A DNA stretch of 64,000 nt, taken from Octopus vulgaris (lineage: Eukaryota). Below the pieces are notes generated by a model that searched no databases, had not been told where the DNA came from, and was given only the letters and a program-made list of their open reading frames with translations. A program made the position numbers and the translations under genes. How positions within the stretch are numbered: the first letter of the stretch is position 1; the number at the start of each line of letters is the position of its first letter. The stretch lies in assembly GCA_951406725.2 (NCBI GenBank), contig OX597817.1, positions 43,028,001-43,092,000 of the forward strand, written 5' to 3'. Shown here piece after piece: positions 27,596 through 39,895 of the stretch.

Positions 27596-28376
27596 AGCAT
27601 CAGGTTTAAACACAACACAGGCATCAGTATCTCATGGTTACACTAAACAGACTTGCTTTTGTTGAGAAAGAGTAAGAGAAAAATAAAACCATATGGAGAC
27701 CATCATTTGCTACTAAACAATTATCATTACTTCTGCTGAACATAATTATGGTGGCCAGTGTAAGTCATAACATCCTATGTGACATAAATTCACCTGCAAG
27801 CACATTTATCACTTAGTCCTATGCCACCAGAATTGAACCACTCATATTTATATTCAAAGGAAGATATGAACTCTAATCTGAAGAAAGAAACTTTAATCCA
27901 TTTACCATTTATTCATATTTTGTAATGTCCACTATTAAAATTGATCTGAATATTGTTGAATTTTTGCAATTTATTTTGGAAATTATCTTTTCATCAAAAC
28001 TTCTATGCATACTTGACTATGTTGTTTCTGAAGGGGAAAAATTAATTTACTACCTGTAAACCTTATTTTAAAAATCTACAAAAAGGTCAAGGGAAAACTT
28101 TTTTTTTTATGCTTATGATGTCCATGTCACTAATTGCAATTAATTTTTTACTAAGACCCATCAAGCTGAGCAAAATCGCAGTTGTGGCAGATACCAGTGT
28201 CACGCAAATGGCACCCATTACACTCTCAGAGTGGTTGGCATTCCAATTTTCAAAATCGTAAATACACTATAGGCATTTAAATAAACAAACCTATTTTTTT
28301 AGTTATTTTCAGTTCAATCATTACAGGACTGAAATTTTGATTTGGAAGATTTTCAACAAGATGGTAGGAGTAAATA

Positions 28377-28487
28377 AACTTGCTCAGTTTTAACTTTTCT
28401 TCAATGAGAGCCAGAGGCATTTATTGACAGCAGGCAACTGTCTGCACACTGCACCATCAGACGCAAATTACCACATCATTGCAAGTT
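28377..28487 (-). ncRNA. SNORD16: U16-like snoRNA, copy 6
   Basis: Boxes, guide and stem intact. Confidence 0.87.
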
Positions 28488-29279
28488 TGATTATCTTCAT
28501 ACAACATGTATCATATTAATGTAATTAAAACAAAGCTGTCAGAGTAACAATATTAACTCCGACCCTATGATGTATTGCAACATAGCTATCAGCAAAAATC
28601 TCACTATGGATAACAAAAGTTACTCCATTTGCTATTAACAATATCCATCCATAAAACCTTAGTTAAGTAAATTGTATCAAAATATCAAGCAGTTATTGGA
28701 TTGAGTTACAAGAAACACCTAACTTCAGATTAAATAACTGTCATCACTGAAAAACCAATCGGGAGTACAGTTTGGCCACCAGATTACTCAAGACATTATG
28801 AACACTTTCACGAAACGATGATGTTCTACTGCAACAGTTATGATGATGACAAATCTATGAAATAGTAGCTGTAAAAGGACTTCCTCAGGTTTCTTACTGA
28901 TTCCTATATATATTTCCTTATTGCCCACAAGGGGCTAAACACTGAGGGGACAAACAAGGACAGACAAAGGGATTAAGTCAATTACATCGACCCCAGTGCG
29001 AAACTGGTACTTTATTTATCGACCCCGAAAGGATGAAAGGCAAAGTCAACCTTGGCGGAATTTGAACTCAGAACGTAACGACAGATGAATTACTGATGAG
29101 CATTTCGCCCGGCACACTAACGTGTCTGCCAGCTCACCGCCTTAATTCCTGATTCCTATATATTGCATCCTTTTCCCCATGAATTGCAATTTCTATCAGA
29201 ATTATAACTGATCCCCTCCATGAAATCTTATAACAACATTTCATAGAGGGGATACTATATCATATTTCAACGTTAAATC

Positions 29280-29388
29280 AACTTGCTCAGTTCCAATGTT
29301 CTTCAAAGAGAGCCAGTGGCATTGTTGACAATAGGCAGTTGTCTGCACACTGCACCATCAGACGCAAATTACAGCATCACTGCAAGTT
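29280..29388 (-). ncRNA. SNORD16: U16-like snoRNA, copy 7 (divergent subtype)
   Basis: GTGATGCTGTAATTTGCGTCTGA; the region before the D box is GAACATTGGAA; unique flanks. Confidence 0.82.
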
Positions 29389-30089
29389 AACACCTCAAAG
29401 AAAAAAAAAACCTTTGAATTTTCCATATCCAAGACTAATTCAATGAGACACCAAATATCCAACTTAATTACTTTATATGTAAATTCCAAAAATAATTTGG
29501 TAGAAATTGATGTGATAATTGATATAACCATAATTTATACAAGTTACTTCTCTGGCTATTTCTGTTGGGTGTTCAAGCCAGTATAGGTAATATTTTGTGT
29601 TGTATTACCACAAGATGAATTACCAACTGCATGCCATTACCAGTTGTCAACCAGGTAGACTCAGAAGTTTGTAGCATGCAAGAGTTTTAACATCACTTGT
29701 CACCAATCCTGTACCTCAACTTAATAGCATGAATTCTCATTTACCACACAGTGGGGTATTTACTATACAGGGCAAGGGGGGGCTCCGAAAGGAGTCTCAG
29801 GGAGTAGCATCCCTGCCTTCCTGAGCTAGTTTTCCACAACATTTCTTAAAGTGATCAACCTTGGTTGCTATGGCATTGAGGTAGATTTAGCCACCCCCGT
29901 TAACGCAGACAAAACATTTGCTCCTTCAATATCATACACTTTCCAACCTGAATCTCTCAGTTAACACACTGAGAAGACCTAAGAGGCACTGCAGATAATT
30001 TTTTTCTACTTAGTTTTAAATTATCATACAAAATAGCACGTAAAATTACAGAATCCTTAACCAAATTTAATGAATTCTTCGCTTCAATT

Positions 30090-30199
30090 AACTTGCTCAG
30101 TTTAAAACTTCTTCAATGAGAGCCAGTGACATTAATTGACAGCAGGCAACTGTCTGCACACTGCACCATCAGACGCAAATTACAGCATCATTGCAAGTT
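30090..30199 (-). ncRNA. SNORD16: U16-like snoRNA, copy 8
   Basis: ATGATGCTGTAATTTGCGTCTGA...CTGAGCAAGTT; unique flanks. Confidence 0.84.
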
Positions 30200-30769
30200 A
30201 GCTCTACACTATAGTACAAAAATATCACCAAACAAAGAGGGAAAAATTCTTGTTCCTGAAATGACAGGAATATGTTGCAAACTTAGCCTTAATAGAATAT
30301 TACTAGTGGTAAATACGTCTACAACAAAATACTTTCTTACATCTTGTATTCATATCATACACCAAGCAAATAAAATCAAAAATCTTTTAATTATTCCCAA
30401 CCGGCATCAATATGGTATTGAAGAGTAAGTTCTCAAATAAACATTGAATAATGTGACACCAGAATATTGAATATTCGTGTTCTAGAATGTGTAATATTTT
30501 TTCACACTACTAGCCATTGAAAACACAAATGAGCTGAGCCAGGTGCACTGAAATGTGAAAAGTCATCATAGCCTATCTCATTAGTTTTAAAAATAAACAG
30601 GCATGGATGTGAGATAAGTTTGCTTTCCAACCACATGGTCTTGAGTTCAGTCCCACTTTGTGGCACTTTGGTCAAGTGTCTACTAATGTCTTCTTGTCTT
30701 GAGACAGCATTCACCCAGGGTGGGTTGAGCTGGCTTCATTCATCCTCAATGCTGCATCTCTCACAAACG

Positions 30770-30985
30770 CAGATCAGGCCTGGCAATTTGAGGCTAACGA
30801 CCGCATGATCTCCAACCACTCCTTATTCCAGCGGCGAATGCCATAGACATAGGGGCCTAGGTTGGGTTCCAGATCAGCCTTGACTGTTGTTAGCCAGGTT
30901 TTTCGTTGTCCACCACATCGCTTTCGCCAACCCTGAAGGGGAGCTGGGGCAATTGCTTCGTAGATGAATTCTGCTGGTCTACTAC
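30770..30985 (-). mobile_element. RTE-like LINE 3' fragment
   Basis: GWRKRCGGQRKTWLTTVKADLEP resembles an RTE C-terminus. Confidence 0.6.
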
Positions 30986-31307
30986 TGTAACCATGAGCCA
31001 ATCAAAACCTTGAAAAGACTTGGCATAAATAAATGTCTGTATGTATTATCATCTCCTTGCCTTGATGTTGTGCAATAGTGGTAAGCAAGTGTCACCATCG
31101 TGCAAGCAGTGTCCATTTCAAATCTTGCATGAAAACATGTTGGGGTCATCAGAAATGTCTGCTTACGATAGAAAATGTGTCTAAACAAATTCCATCTGAC
31201 CCATGCAAGCATGGAAAAATGATATTAAAACAACTATTTTTATATATGTATTACATAAATCTATAAAATTAGCAGAATTATATAAAAATACTTGCAGCAA
31301 TACCAAT

Positions 31308-31413
31308 AACTTGCTCAGTTCCAATGTTCTTCAATGAGCCTGTAGCATTTTGACAATAGGCAGTAGTCTGCGCACTGCACCATCAGATGCGAATTACAGC
31401 ACCATTGTCAGTT
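31308..31413 (-). pseudogene. Degenerate U16-like snoRNA, copy 9
   Basis: C box mutated (ATGGTGC), guide GTAATTCGCAT, 5' stem disrupted; D box intact. Confidence 0.7.
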
Positions 31414-32287
31414 GATGACACAATTAAAGTATCAATTATAATTGAAAAAAATTTACATCCATTTTACAGTTGTTGAGAAAAGAATTAAGCTTCACGTAGA
31501 GCAGGGATCGGCAACTTTTCATCAACTGGAGGCCACATTATACCATTTCCAAGTGGGAGAGGGCCACATGCATGAAATATTACTTGCCCACTTTTTGTTT
31601 CTATATATTTTCTGCAGAAGTCAATTATAATCTTCTTTGGGATTTATTCAAAAGCAAATAACTATTCCCTTTTGTTTCTAATTCAAGAGTTCCATATGAT
31701 AATAAGGACTAACTGCTATGAAAATGCAGGTATGACTCACTTTGCAACCACATGGCTTCAAGATCAGTCCCATTGCATGTCTTTCTCCTACTATAACTCT
31801 GGGCCAAACAATGCCTTTTGAGTCTATTTGATACATTGCATGTTTGGGCACATGCTCCATTGAATTTTGTGTAACCTCCACCACTGCTCAACAGCTGGTG
31901 TTGCTTTGTTTATGCTCCTATAATTTAGTGATTTCAACAAAAGAGACAAATAGAATAAGTACCAGAGTTTAAAGAAAAAAGGAAAACTGAATGAAATTAG
32001 GGTATTTTTGCCATAAATATAATGGGTATTTGGGACTAATGGCTAAAAACACATTACATTATATATTGACTTTATATATCACTATAGTTTTAGCTTTTTT
32101 TTTTTTGTCAAGTTACATTCCAAGTACTACTGTAATACATTGTTATATTTGTTTTACAAAATCACTATATAAACTTTTAAGAGACATAGTGCGTTTTTAA
32201 TTAGAAATATTGTAGCAAAAAAAGTATCGATGAAAAGAACTTACCATATTCTGTATACAAGCAGGCTAAAACCTTCTGTATGTTTTG

Positions 32288-32365
32288 CTAAACGCAATTA
32301 AATGGCGGTTCACCACCATCGTTATATTTTGCAGCAATGACAGTTCTGATGTCTTTCATGGTAGT
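32288..32365 (-). CDS. GIY-YIG-like protein / snoRNA host gene, coding exon 4 (exon continues to a donor at 32245)
   Basis: tttag|TTMKDIRTVIAAKYNDGGEPPFNCV*, then 43 nt of UTR and a G|GTAAGT donor. Confidence 0.75.
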   Translation of the reverse strand, partial: TTMKDIRTVIAAKYNDGGEPPFNCV

Positions 32366-35318
32366 CTAAAAATTACAAAAATACATGTTAGCATATTTAT
32401 TAAGCATATAAATTGTCATTTTGTTAATAATATATTCAGTAAGTACATTAAATAAGAAAACTAAAATATTGTAAAAAATTATTACATTTTCTGATTACAA
32501 TTCAAAATGGAAATATTGAATTCTTAGAATCGATAACACTGTAGAAGCCACTTATTGAGATCATTTTAGGATAGAGCCTTTTAGATAACAGTAACTGGTA
32601 GATAACATTAAGCAGATGATATAACAATATTCTGTGCATGTCTCAGAGCCACTAATTTCAATAACTAAATGATAATAATGATTTAGTAACACTGAACAAG
32701 ATCATCATCAGCTGCTATCAATTCATTTGAAGAGTGGCATAGCATTTTTACTTATTTCACTTGACATGGTCCAAACTTTAGCAGAAATAGTACAATATGC
32801 CAGTGCTGCCTTGACTGGCTCTTGTGTCAGTGGCATGTAAAAAGCACCCACTATACTCACGGAGTGGTTAGCGTTAGGAAGGGCATCCAGCTGTAGAAAC
32901 ACTGCCAGGTCAGACTGGAGCCTGGTGCAGCCTCCTGGCTTCCCAGACCCCAGTTGAACTGTTCAACCTATGCTAGCATGGAAAACGGACGTTAAACGAT
33001 GAAGATGATGATGATTCAATACATTATAGCACTTAGATTTGTACTTCAGGATATCATCATCATCATTTAACATCTGCCTTCCATGCTGGCATGGGTTGAA
33101 AGTTTCTACAGGGTCCATGAATTGGAGAACTGCATCAAACTCCACTATCTGCTTTAAAATGGTTTCTATGGCTGGATGCCCATCCTAATGACAACCGTTT
33201 TACAGAGTGTATTGGGTGCTTTTTTCTTGGGTGCCAGCACTAGTGAGATGGCCATACAACTAGCAAGATTAAAAAGACCCCCTTAACTGAGCGAGAGCAC
33301 AACTGGTGCTCTGACAGCAACAACATTGAGGGTTCCAGTTGATCCAATCAATGTTAACAGCTTGCTCATGAAATTAACAAGCAAGTGGCTAAGCACTCCA
33401 CAAACAGGCATACCCTCAACATAGTTCCCGAGGAGATTCAGTATGATACAAACTGTGACAAGGCTGGCCCTTTGAAATAAAGATACCACTCATTTTTGCT
33501 GGTTGAGTGAACTGGAACAACATGGAATAAAATGTCTTGCTTAAAGCCACAACGCACTGCCAAGAATTGAACTTTGCAACATTACAATCGTGAGCCAAAT
33601 ACTCTAACCACTAAGCCATGTGCCTTCACTGGGTAGGAGTATAGTAAAAAGAGAGGCAGCATAATGCTAGATGTTGAGTGATTGAAGTAGGATATAGGGA
33701 TGGGAAATGGTTTCTTGCTGTAAAGGAGATACAGTGCTACCCTCTTTTACTCGTTTCAGTCATGTGACTGTGGCCATGCTGGAGTACCGCCTTTAGTCAA
33801 GCAAATCAACCCCAGGATTTATTCTTTGTAAGTCTAGTACTTATACTATTGGTGTCTTTTGCTGAACCGCTAAGTTATGGGGACATAAACACACCAGCAT
33901 TGGTTGTCAAGCGATGTTTGGGTGGGGGGGACAAACACAAACACATATATATATATATATACATACAACGGGCTTCTTTCAGTTTCCATCTACCAAATCC
34001 ACTCACAAGGCTTTGGTCGGCCCAAGGCTATTGTAGAAGACACTTGCCCAAGGTGCCATGCAGTGGGACTGAACCCGGAACCATGTGGTTCGTAAGCAAG
34101 CTACTTACCACACAGCTACATAATATAAAGGTGGGTGGGAGTAATTAGGGAGAAACTGGAAAGAGTAATAAAGATGATGACGCCAAGGTATAAGAAGGTA
34201 AATAGAAGAGAAAGTAGAAGTAGATCAGGAAGGGTGGGCAGGTAGAGTTTGCAAGAGCATGGGGTAATTGTAAGAAATGGTTTGAGATGAAGGCAGTGAA
34301 CTGTAAATGAGGACAATACTAAATATGGAGGGGAAGGTGATAAGAAGCAGGGGTGGAGGTGACGACAAGCAGTACAGAAAGGTTGAAAAGCAGCAGCAGA
34401 ATAATAACCCACTGACAACGCCTGTCGTAAGTTTTTAAGTTTTCCAATCAACAAAATCTTTAGCAACAGGTGGGTAACCAGTGGGTTATAGTTTTATAAC
34501 ATAGTCAATTGCTAGTTGTGTCTATCTTCCAACATCCATGATTCAACATGCCGATCCTGTGGAGGAAACCTGTGGAAAAGGTAGACCCAAGAAGACACGG
34601 GACAATGACAAGTGATTAAGATCTTTGGGGATTTACTGGGCATAACTACAGATTTCTGCCCCACCCCTTTGGAAACACCCGAGTGGGGAATAGTTCTCAA
34701 AAATAACCCCCAATTGTTTTCCCCCAAAATTCCTATGTCCTCAGAATCTACATAGTCTGAGGTATATTTGTAGAGAATTTCATTTAAAAATATCCAGTGA
34801 ATTTTCTGAAATTCCCCACCCTCTCATAAAACACTTCCTCCAAAAAAATTTTGCATATTCAGAATCTACATGATATAACACATAGTCATAGAAAATTTCA
34901 TTAAAAAATATCCATTTTTCTGTTTATGATCATCCAAAGTCAGCGGGGTGCAGAAATCTGTAGTTATGCCATGCCATTTACTGTACATGAGAAGACATGT
35001 GAAATTAGTTTCACTGACCAATGCCAGTGACACAGAGTGGTTGGCATTAGGAAGGGCATTCAGCTATAGAAACCAAGCCAAATCAGACTGGAGCCCTGTA
35101 CAGCTCTCTGGCTTACCCATCCCAGTCAGCCCATCTAACCCATGCCAGCTTGGAAAACGGATTGCTAAATGATGATGATATTGATATATATATATTGCAA
35201 ATGTACATTTGTGTAAAATCAACTTGCTTGAAAAATGTTTGTAAAAACAACCAATAATCCTAAACACCTCAAAGCAGACTATGTACATTTTTCCAATAAT
35301 AAACGGAATACAAATTAC

Positions 35319-35600
35319 CTTAAAATCAGGATATGGAATCCACTTCAGAGCAAGCAATCTCTTACGATCGGTCTTAGAAACTGATGACAAGTATTTGGTA
35401 ATTGGTTTGCATGTCTTGCAGGGGCCAAATAAGCGGTTTAGTTCTAAACGGATATCTCCTTCACCAACATACAGCGTTATCCATGTTTTACTAAATTTAT
35501 ACCAGCGAAGTACTATATAAACACCTTCCATGGAATTTGGCCGTGCGTCATACCTCTGAAATGTTGCATTATACAAACTGTCTACGAATGCTTCTGTTTT
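35319..35600 (-). CDS. GIY-YIG-like protein, coding exon 3
   Basis: cttacag|KTEAF...EGVYIVLRWYKFSKTWITLYVGEGDIRLELNRLF...KWIPYPDFK|gtaatt; 282 nt, phase 0 at both ends. Confidence 0.8.
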
Positions 35601-36084
35601 CTGTAAGAAGAGAACATTTCAAAACTTACATTTCACTAAAGATAATGAAACAGATTTTAGCTAAGATCCAAAAGGACATGATACAGAGAAAAAAATAATC
35701 TAGTCAGTACAATCCTGGAATAGCTTCTAAAATTTTTAGTTAACAGTAGAAGTTAATAGTTAGAGTTAACAAACATGAATAACTAATAATTACTAGTTAC
35801 ATCAATAATCATGCAATAACACATCTTTAAAGCTTAAAGTATGACAAGAAACACAGTAACATTTCTCTATTCTACTTGTTAAAAATGAGCTAGATAAATG
35901 AAGAGGGAGCAGACACTTAAGTCTACATAGAGTGATGTATTTCAATATTTAGTTTGAGGATTTGTACATGGCTGCTGGGAGAAAGAGGAACCGCAGAAAT
36001 TCCAGAGTTGTAGCACAGTCCTACATAGTACGATCTGTGCAAAACTCTTAGCATGGAATGTGGGAGATGAAACACAGTATAAAT

Positions 36085-37175
36085 ACAAAGGTGGGCTGAA
36101 AAGTTCATAGGCTATGAAGGAGTGATGCTAGAGTTGTGAAATCTCACACACATAATTTCAGCTCTTCTTAATAACTGCATTGTTTCTTTCCAAGTAAACT
36201 GGCAGTTCAAAGACTTCGAAAGTAAGCAGTAGTGACTTCTCTTGAAAATGAATTTGACCTTGTGGTGCTATCAAGTACCTGCAGAATGAGTTTAGCCACC
36301 AATGGCTTTCATGCTGACTTGGTTGTTACATTAGGGGATGATGCTCCAGCTTTATCAACAGTGCAAAAGTGAACAGCTGAATTTAGGAGAAGGGAGGGTG
36401 TTGAAGGTGGCCCAAGATCTAGACGTCTTGCAACTGCCACCATGAAGGAAAACATTGGTCATGTTCACCAAATAGTGATGGATGACAAATAGTTGACTAT
36501 AAATCAAACAACCAAAGTTATAAGCATATCCTGTGAGAGAGAGTTGAGAATATTCTACACAATGAACTTAGCATGATGAACATTTCTGCTCAATGGGTGC
36601 CACATCTGACAGCTGTTCAAAAGCACATCAAGTTGATTACATCACCGGAAAATGTGATACCGTTTGAGGCAGAACCAGCTGGGTTCCTTGAACATTTCCT
36701 AATCCAGGATGAGGGTTAGGTTCATCACTTTGAACCAGAGACAAAGAGACAATCCATGCAAAGGAAACATCCCTTCTCACCTGCTCCAAAGAAAGCCAAC
36801 ATCATTTCATCTGCAGGGAAAGGGATGGCTTCAGTATTTTTGAAATGCAAAACGCATTGTGTTTATCTACAAAAAGGCAACACCATCAGGACTGCTGTGC
36901 ATAATTGTAGCTTTGAACTGGTTTATCACCTTATTCTCCCAATTTAACACCATCTATCATGTCCCACAACATGAAAAAACACTAGACTGGGAACCAGTAT
37001 CGGTGATAACATAATATCCAACAGGATGAAAGCTCTTTCACCAATGGGATCCAAGCACTGCAACACCAATGGAAGGAGTGTGTAAACCACAAGGGGGACT
37101 ATGTTGAAAAATAAACCTCATTTGGTCACATTCTATGAGTATCTTGGTCAACCTATGATCTTTTCGGCCAACCCC
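36085..37175 (+). mobile_element. Decayed mariner in host-gene intron 2
   Basis: Remnant WVPH, QDE..VHHFEPETKRQSMQ and GDYVEK motifs; TIR remnants GGCTGAAAAGTTCATAGG / CCTATGATCTTTTCGGCC; many stops and frameshifts. Confidence 0.8.
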
Positions 37176-37728
37176 CAGTTAAATGGTCTTCTTTTGGACA
37201 CAATCTAACAAGGTTTCAAACCAACAAATGAGCAACAGCTGGAAATCATAAACAGGCAATTCAGTTAAGCTTCCATATTAGATACAGTTGAAGGATTTGT
37301 TTCTGTCACCATTGCTTTCATGGAAATTCTTAATGGCAAAGAACCAATAGTCAAGAATAGACCAAATCTTAAATAGATCTAGATCTATGGAAGCCCATAC
37401 AAACAATAACTGTCAACTGATCTATGTAAACTAATAACAATGACACAACTGGCCAAGTCTTATCATTTATGTTAACACAAGCTACACAGATCCAAGTGAT
37501 CGGATATTGGTATTACAGGTAAGCAAATGTTTCAAAGCAATATTTTTTTAGTTCAATCACTCAACAACATGCTTGCAAGTCATCCATCTCAATTCAGTTA
37601 CTTCAATCAGTTTGTCGAGACATCTTAAAATGGACTTCATAATGCTATTTTAATTTATGCTGCTTTGCTGAAAAATGGAATACTTTTTCTTAGACAAGGC
37701 ATTTCATCAGCTCATATGCAATACTTAC

Positions 37729-37792
37729 ACTGTCTAATGGAGCTTTTGTTTTGTTTACTTGAGCAGGCGCGATAGTGGCCCCACCAGCTGGC
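37729..37792 (-). CDS. GIY-YIG-like protein, coding exon 2
   Basis: tttctag|..PAGGATIAPAQVNKTKAPLDS|gtaagt; phases fit exon 1 (phase 2) and exon 3 (phase 0). Confidence 0.72.
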
Positions 37793-38737
37793 CTAGAAAT
37801 AACAATAAATATTAGCATCAGACAAGACTTAGAGAAACAAAAAAGTGGATGCATTTAAATAGACTGGTCAAATTAACTGAGAGAAATGGTTAATGAATAA
37901 AATAAGGAAGGATTTACCCTAACTACTTTCATTATTATTTCACTTTTCTAGAAAGAGCAATTGTTCTTTAATAACATTTCTTCTATTGAGATTGATCATA
38001 ATCATTTAACGCCTGTTTTCCATGCTGGAATGGGTTGGACGGTTTAACCAGATCCAAAAAACAGGAAGATTGTATCAAGTTCCAATGTCTGCATTGGCAT
38101 AGTTTCTATGGCTGGATGCCAACCACTTTAACAGTGTAACAGTCTGACATTAATTGAAAAAAAGGAAAAATACATTCGCCTAGAATTTCAGAGAAAATAA
38201 TTAAAATTTTCTCGAAAATATGTTCCTTTAAATGCACACACACACACATCAAGTGGCAAAAGTAGGCTAGAAAAGTTACGAATTGGAAGATTGTTTGGCA
38301 ATATGGAAATTAGATGTGTTGACATTCATTTTTTTAAAAGTTGTCAGTATTAAAAGTTATTGGTATTAATTTATGTTTACATAAGATTAAATTCCAAGTA
38401 CATAGAATTTTGCATTTCAAATTTATTAGAAATTGTGCTAAGGTCGAACTTCAAAGATTTAAGATTATTCCAACATAGTGTCTTATTTGCCGCAACAAAA
38501 AAGCCCGAAGTTCTGACAAAATAATCGGTTTTACTAAGATTGAAACTTGCCATCAAGTACCTAAAAAGAATAATTGTGTGTAAAAAGTGAACAGCTAATG
38601 AAATGAAGTCTGAACTGGAACAAAAGCTCTAGCTCCGAGAGGTAGAATTTCATATAAAGCTAGCAAGAGATAGATCGTAAGATTGCCATATATATATATA
38701 TGTTAGAAGTATTAGGGGTGATGTACAGATTTGATAC

Positions 38738-38932
38738 ATATGAAAGAAAATAGTGTTCAGAATGCTGGATGGTTGTAAAAATATATATTTATTTACATAT
38801 CCCATATTATTTCTACATATTAGCGCTACAGGAGTAGTTGAAAGCGCTTATATGAAGAAATAATATGTGATATGTAAATAAATATATATTTTTACAACCA
38901 TCCAGCATTCTGAACACCTTTTGCTTTCATAT
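38738..38932. repeat. Near-perfect ~195 bp palindrome (hairpin MITE-like)
   Basis: TGTTCAGAATGCTGGATGGTTGTAAAAATATATATTTATTTACATATC is mirrored at about 38869-38916, with a short loop. Confidence 0.9.
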
Positions 38933-39745
38933 ATATATATATCAAGACTTCTCACAATTTTTTAAATCTTATGACGAGTTAAATGAATTGGATTTGGGGA
39001 TAGAAGATAGCATATGAAGTTAAAGCACAAAACCGGTCATTGTAATACGGTCTCGATCGTTTAGTGGGTATTCACCAAAGTTTTATCAATACTTTCTATA
39101 CGGGAAAACTATCATACACGTACTAGCGTAATCATCTCGTACGAGACTTAGGTGTCTATTCAAATGAGTAAAAATATATTATAAAGAAAGAAATACATGA
39201 ATAACTTCCAAAAATCCAAAGTGTCTGGTAATATTGACACGTGACAATTTCTTAGAACTTAAAATACATTCCTCAGTGCAGCTATTTATAATACTTTCTT
39301 AGAAGCCCCTTAAATTTGAGACAAGGGAACAGTCGGTTATACTGAATCTAATACTTTGGTGCTATATTTCATCGATCCGAAAGGATTAAAGTTGATCTCG
39401 GCGGAATTTGAACTCAGAACGTTTATGTGCAAGAATAAATATTTCCTTATAAATTAATAATTATGAGAAATAGATAAAAAAAACAAAAAAAAGCTTAACG
39501 GAATAAATTTGAAGAATGGTGTTAGTTTGAGAATTAAATTTTCAGTAACGAAGATGATCTCTCCTGTTTAACTAATTATTTAAATAGGACTCTGGATATA
39601 TGGAGGAGAAACGAAGAATAAAAGTGACGAGAGTTAAAAAGGGAGTGAGAGAGAGAGAATATGAGGAGACATGTGCTACTTTGGGTGTATGGCCACCATG
39701 TTGTAAAATAAAGTAGAAAAATTACGCGATTTTCGACCAACTTAC

Positions 39746-39780
39746 GGTTTGTAAGCTTGCTTATTCTTTTTGCGTGCCAT
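39746..39780 (-). CDS. GIY-YIG-like protein, coding exon 1 (alternative in-frame ATG at 39786)
   Basis: MARKKNKQAYKP|gtaagt with an in-frame upstream stop. Confidence 0.72.
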
Positions 39781-39895
39781 AGTCATTTATCAATATCACA
39801 AGAGTTGGTCTGCTTTAAAAAGGTTAGAGCAACAAAAAGACAAAGTTTGCGGAACTCTCAGAGAACAGGTCAGGTAGAGATGGAGAGCCACGCTT

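Larger units (their letters stand above)
25412..28487. repeat. Recent tandem duplication, ~1.48-1.49 kb unit x2, two snoRNAs per unit
   Basis: 25412-26900 is nearly identical to 26901-28376. Each unit is itself made of related ~0.59 kb and ~0.90 kb subunits. Confidence 0.92.

Noticed and set aside
24028-31413. CRISPR-like or protein-coding interpretation of the repeated 110 nt unit (e.g. ORFs 30126-30428 and 26078-26266)
   Set aside because: Eukaryotic context, long irregular spacers and no cas genes; no reading frame is conserved between copies; the snoRNA boxes explain the conservation.
35064-35318. C-terminal part of the listed 170 aa ORF
   Set aside because: Read-through past the donor at 35318 into intron and repeat sequence.
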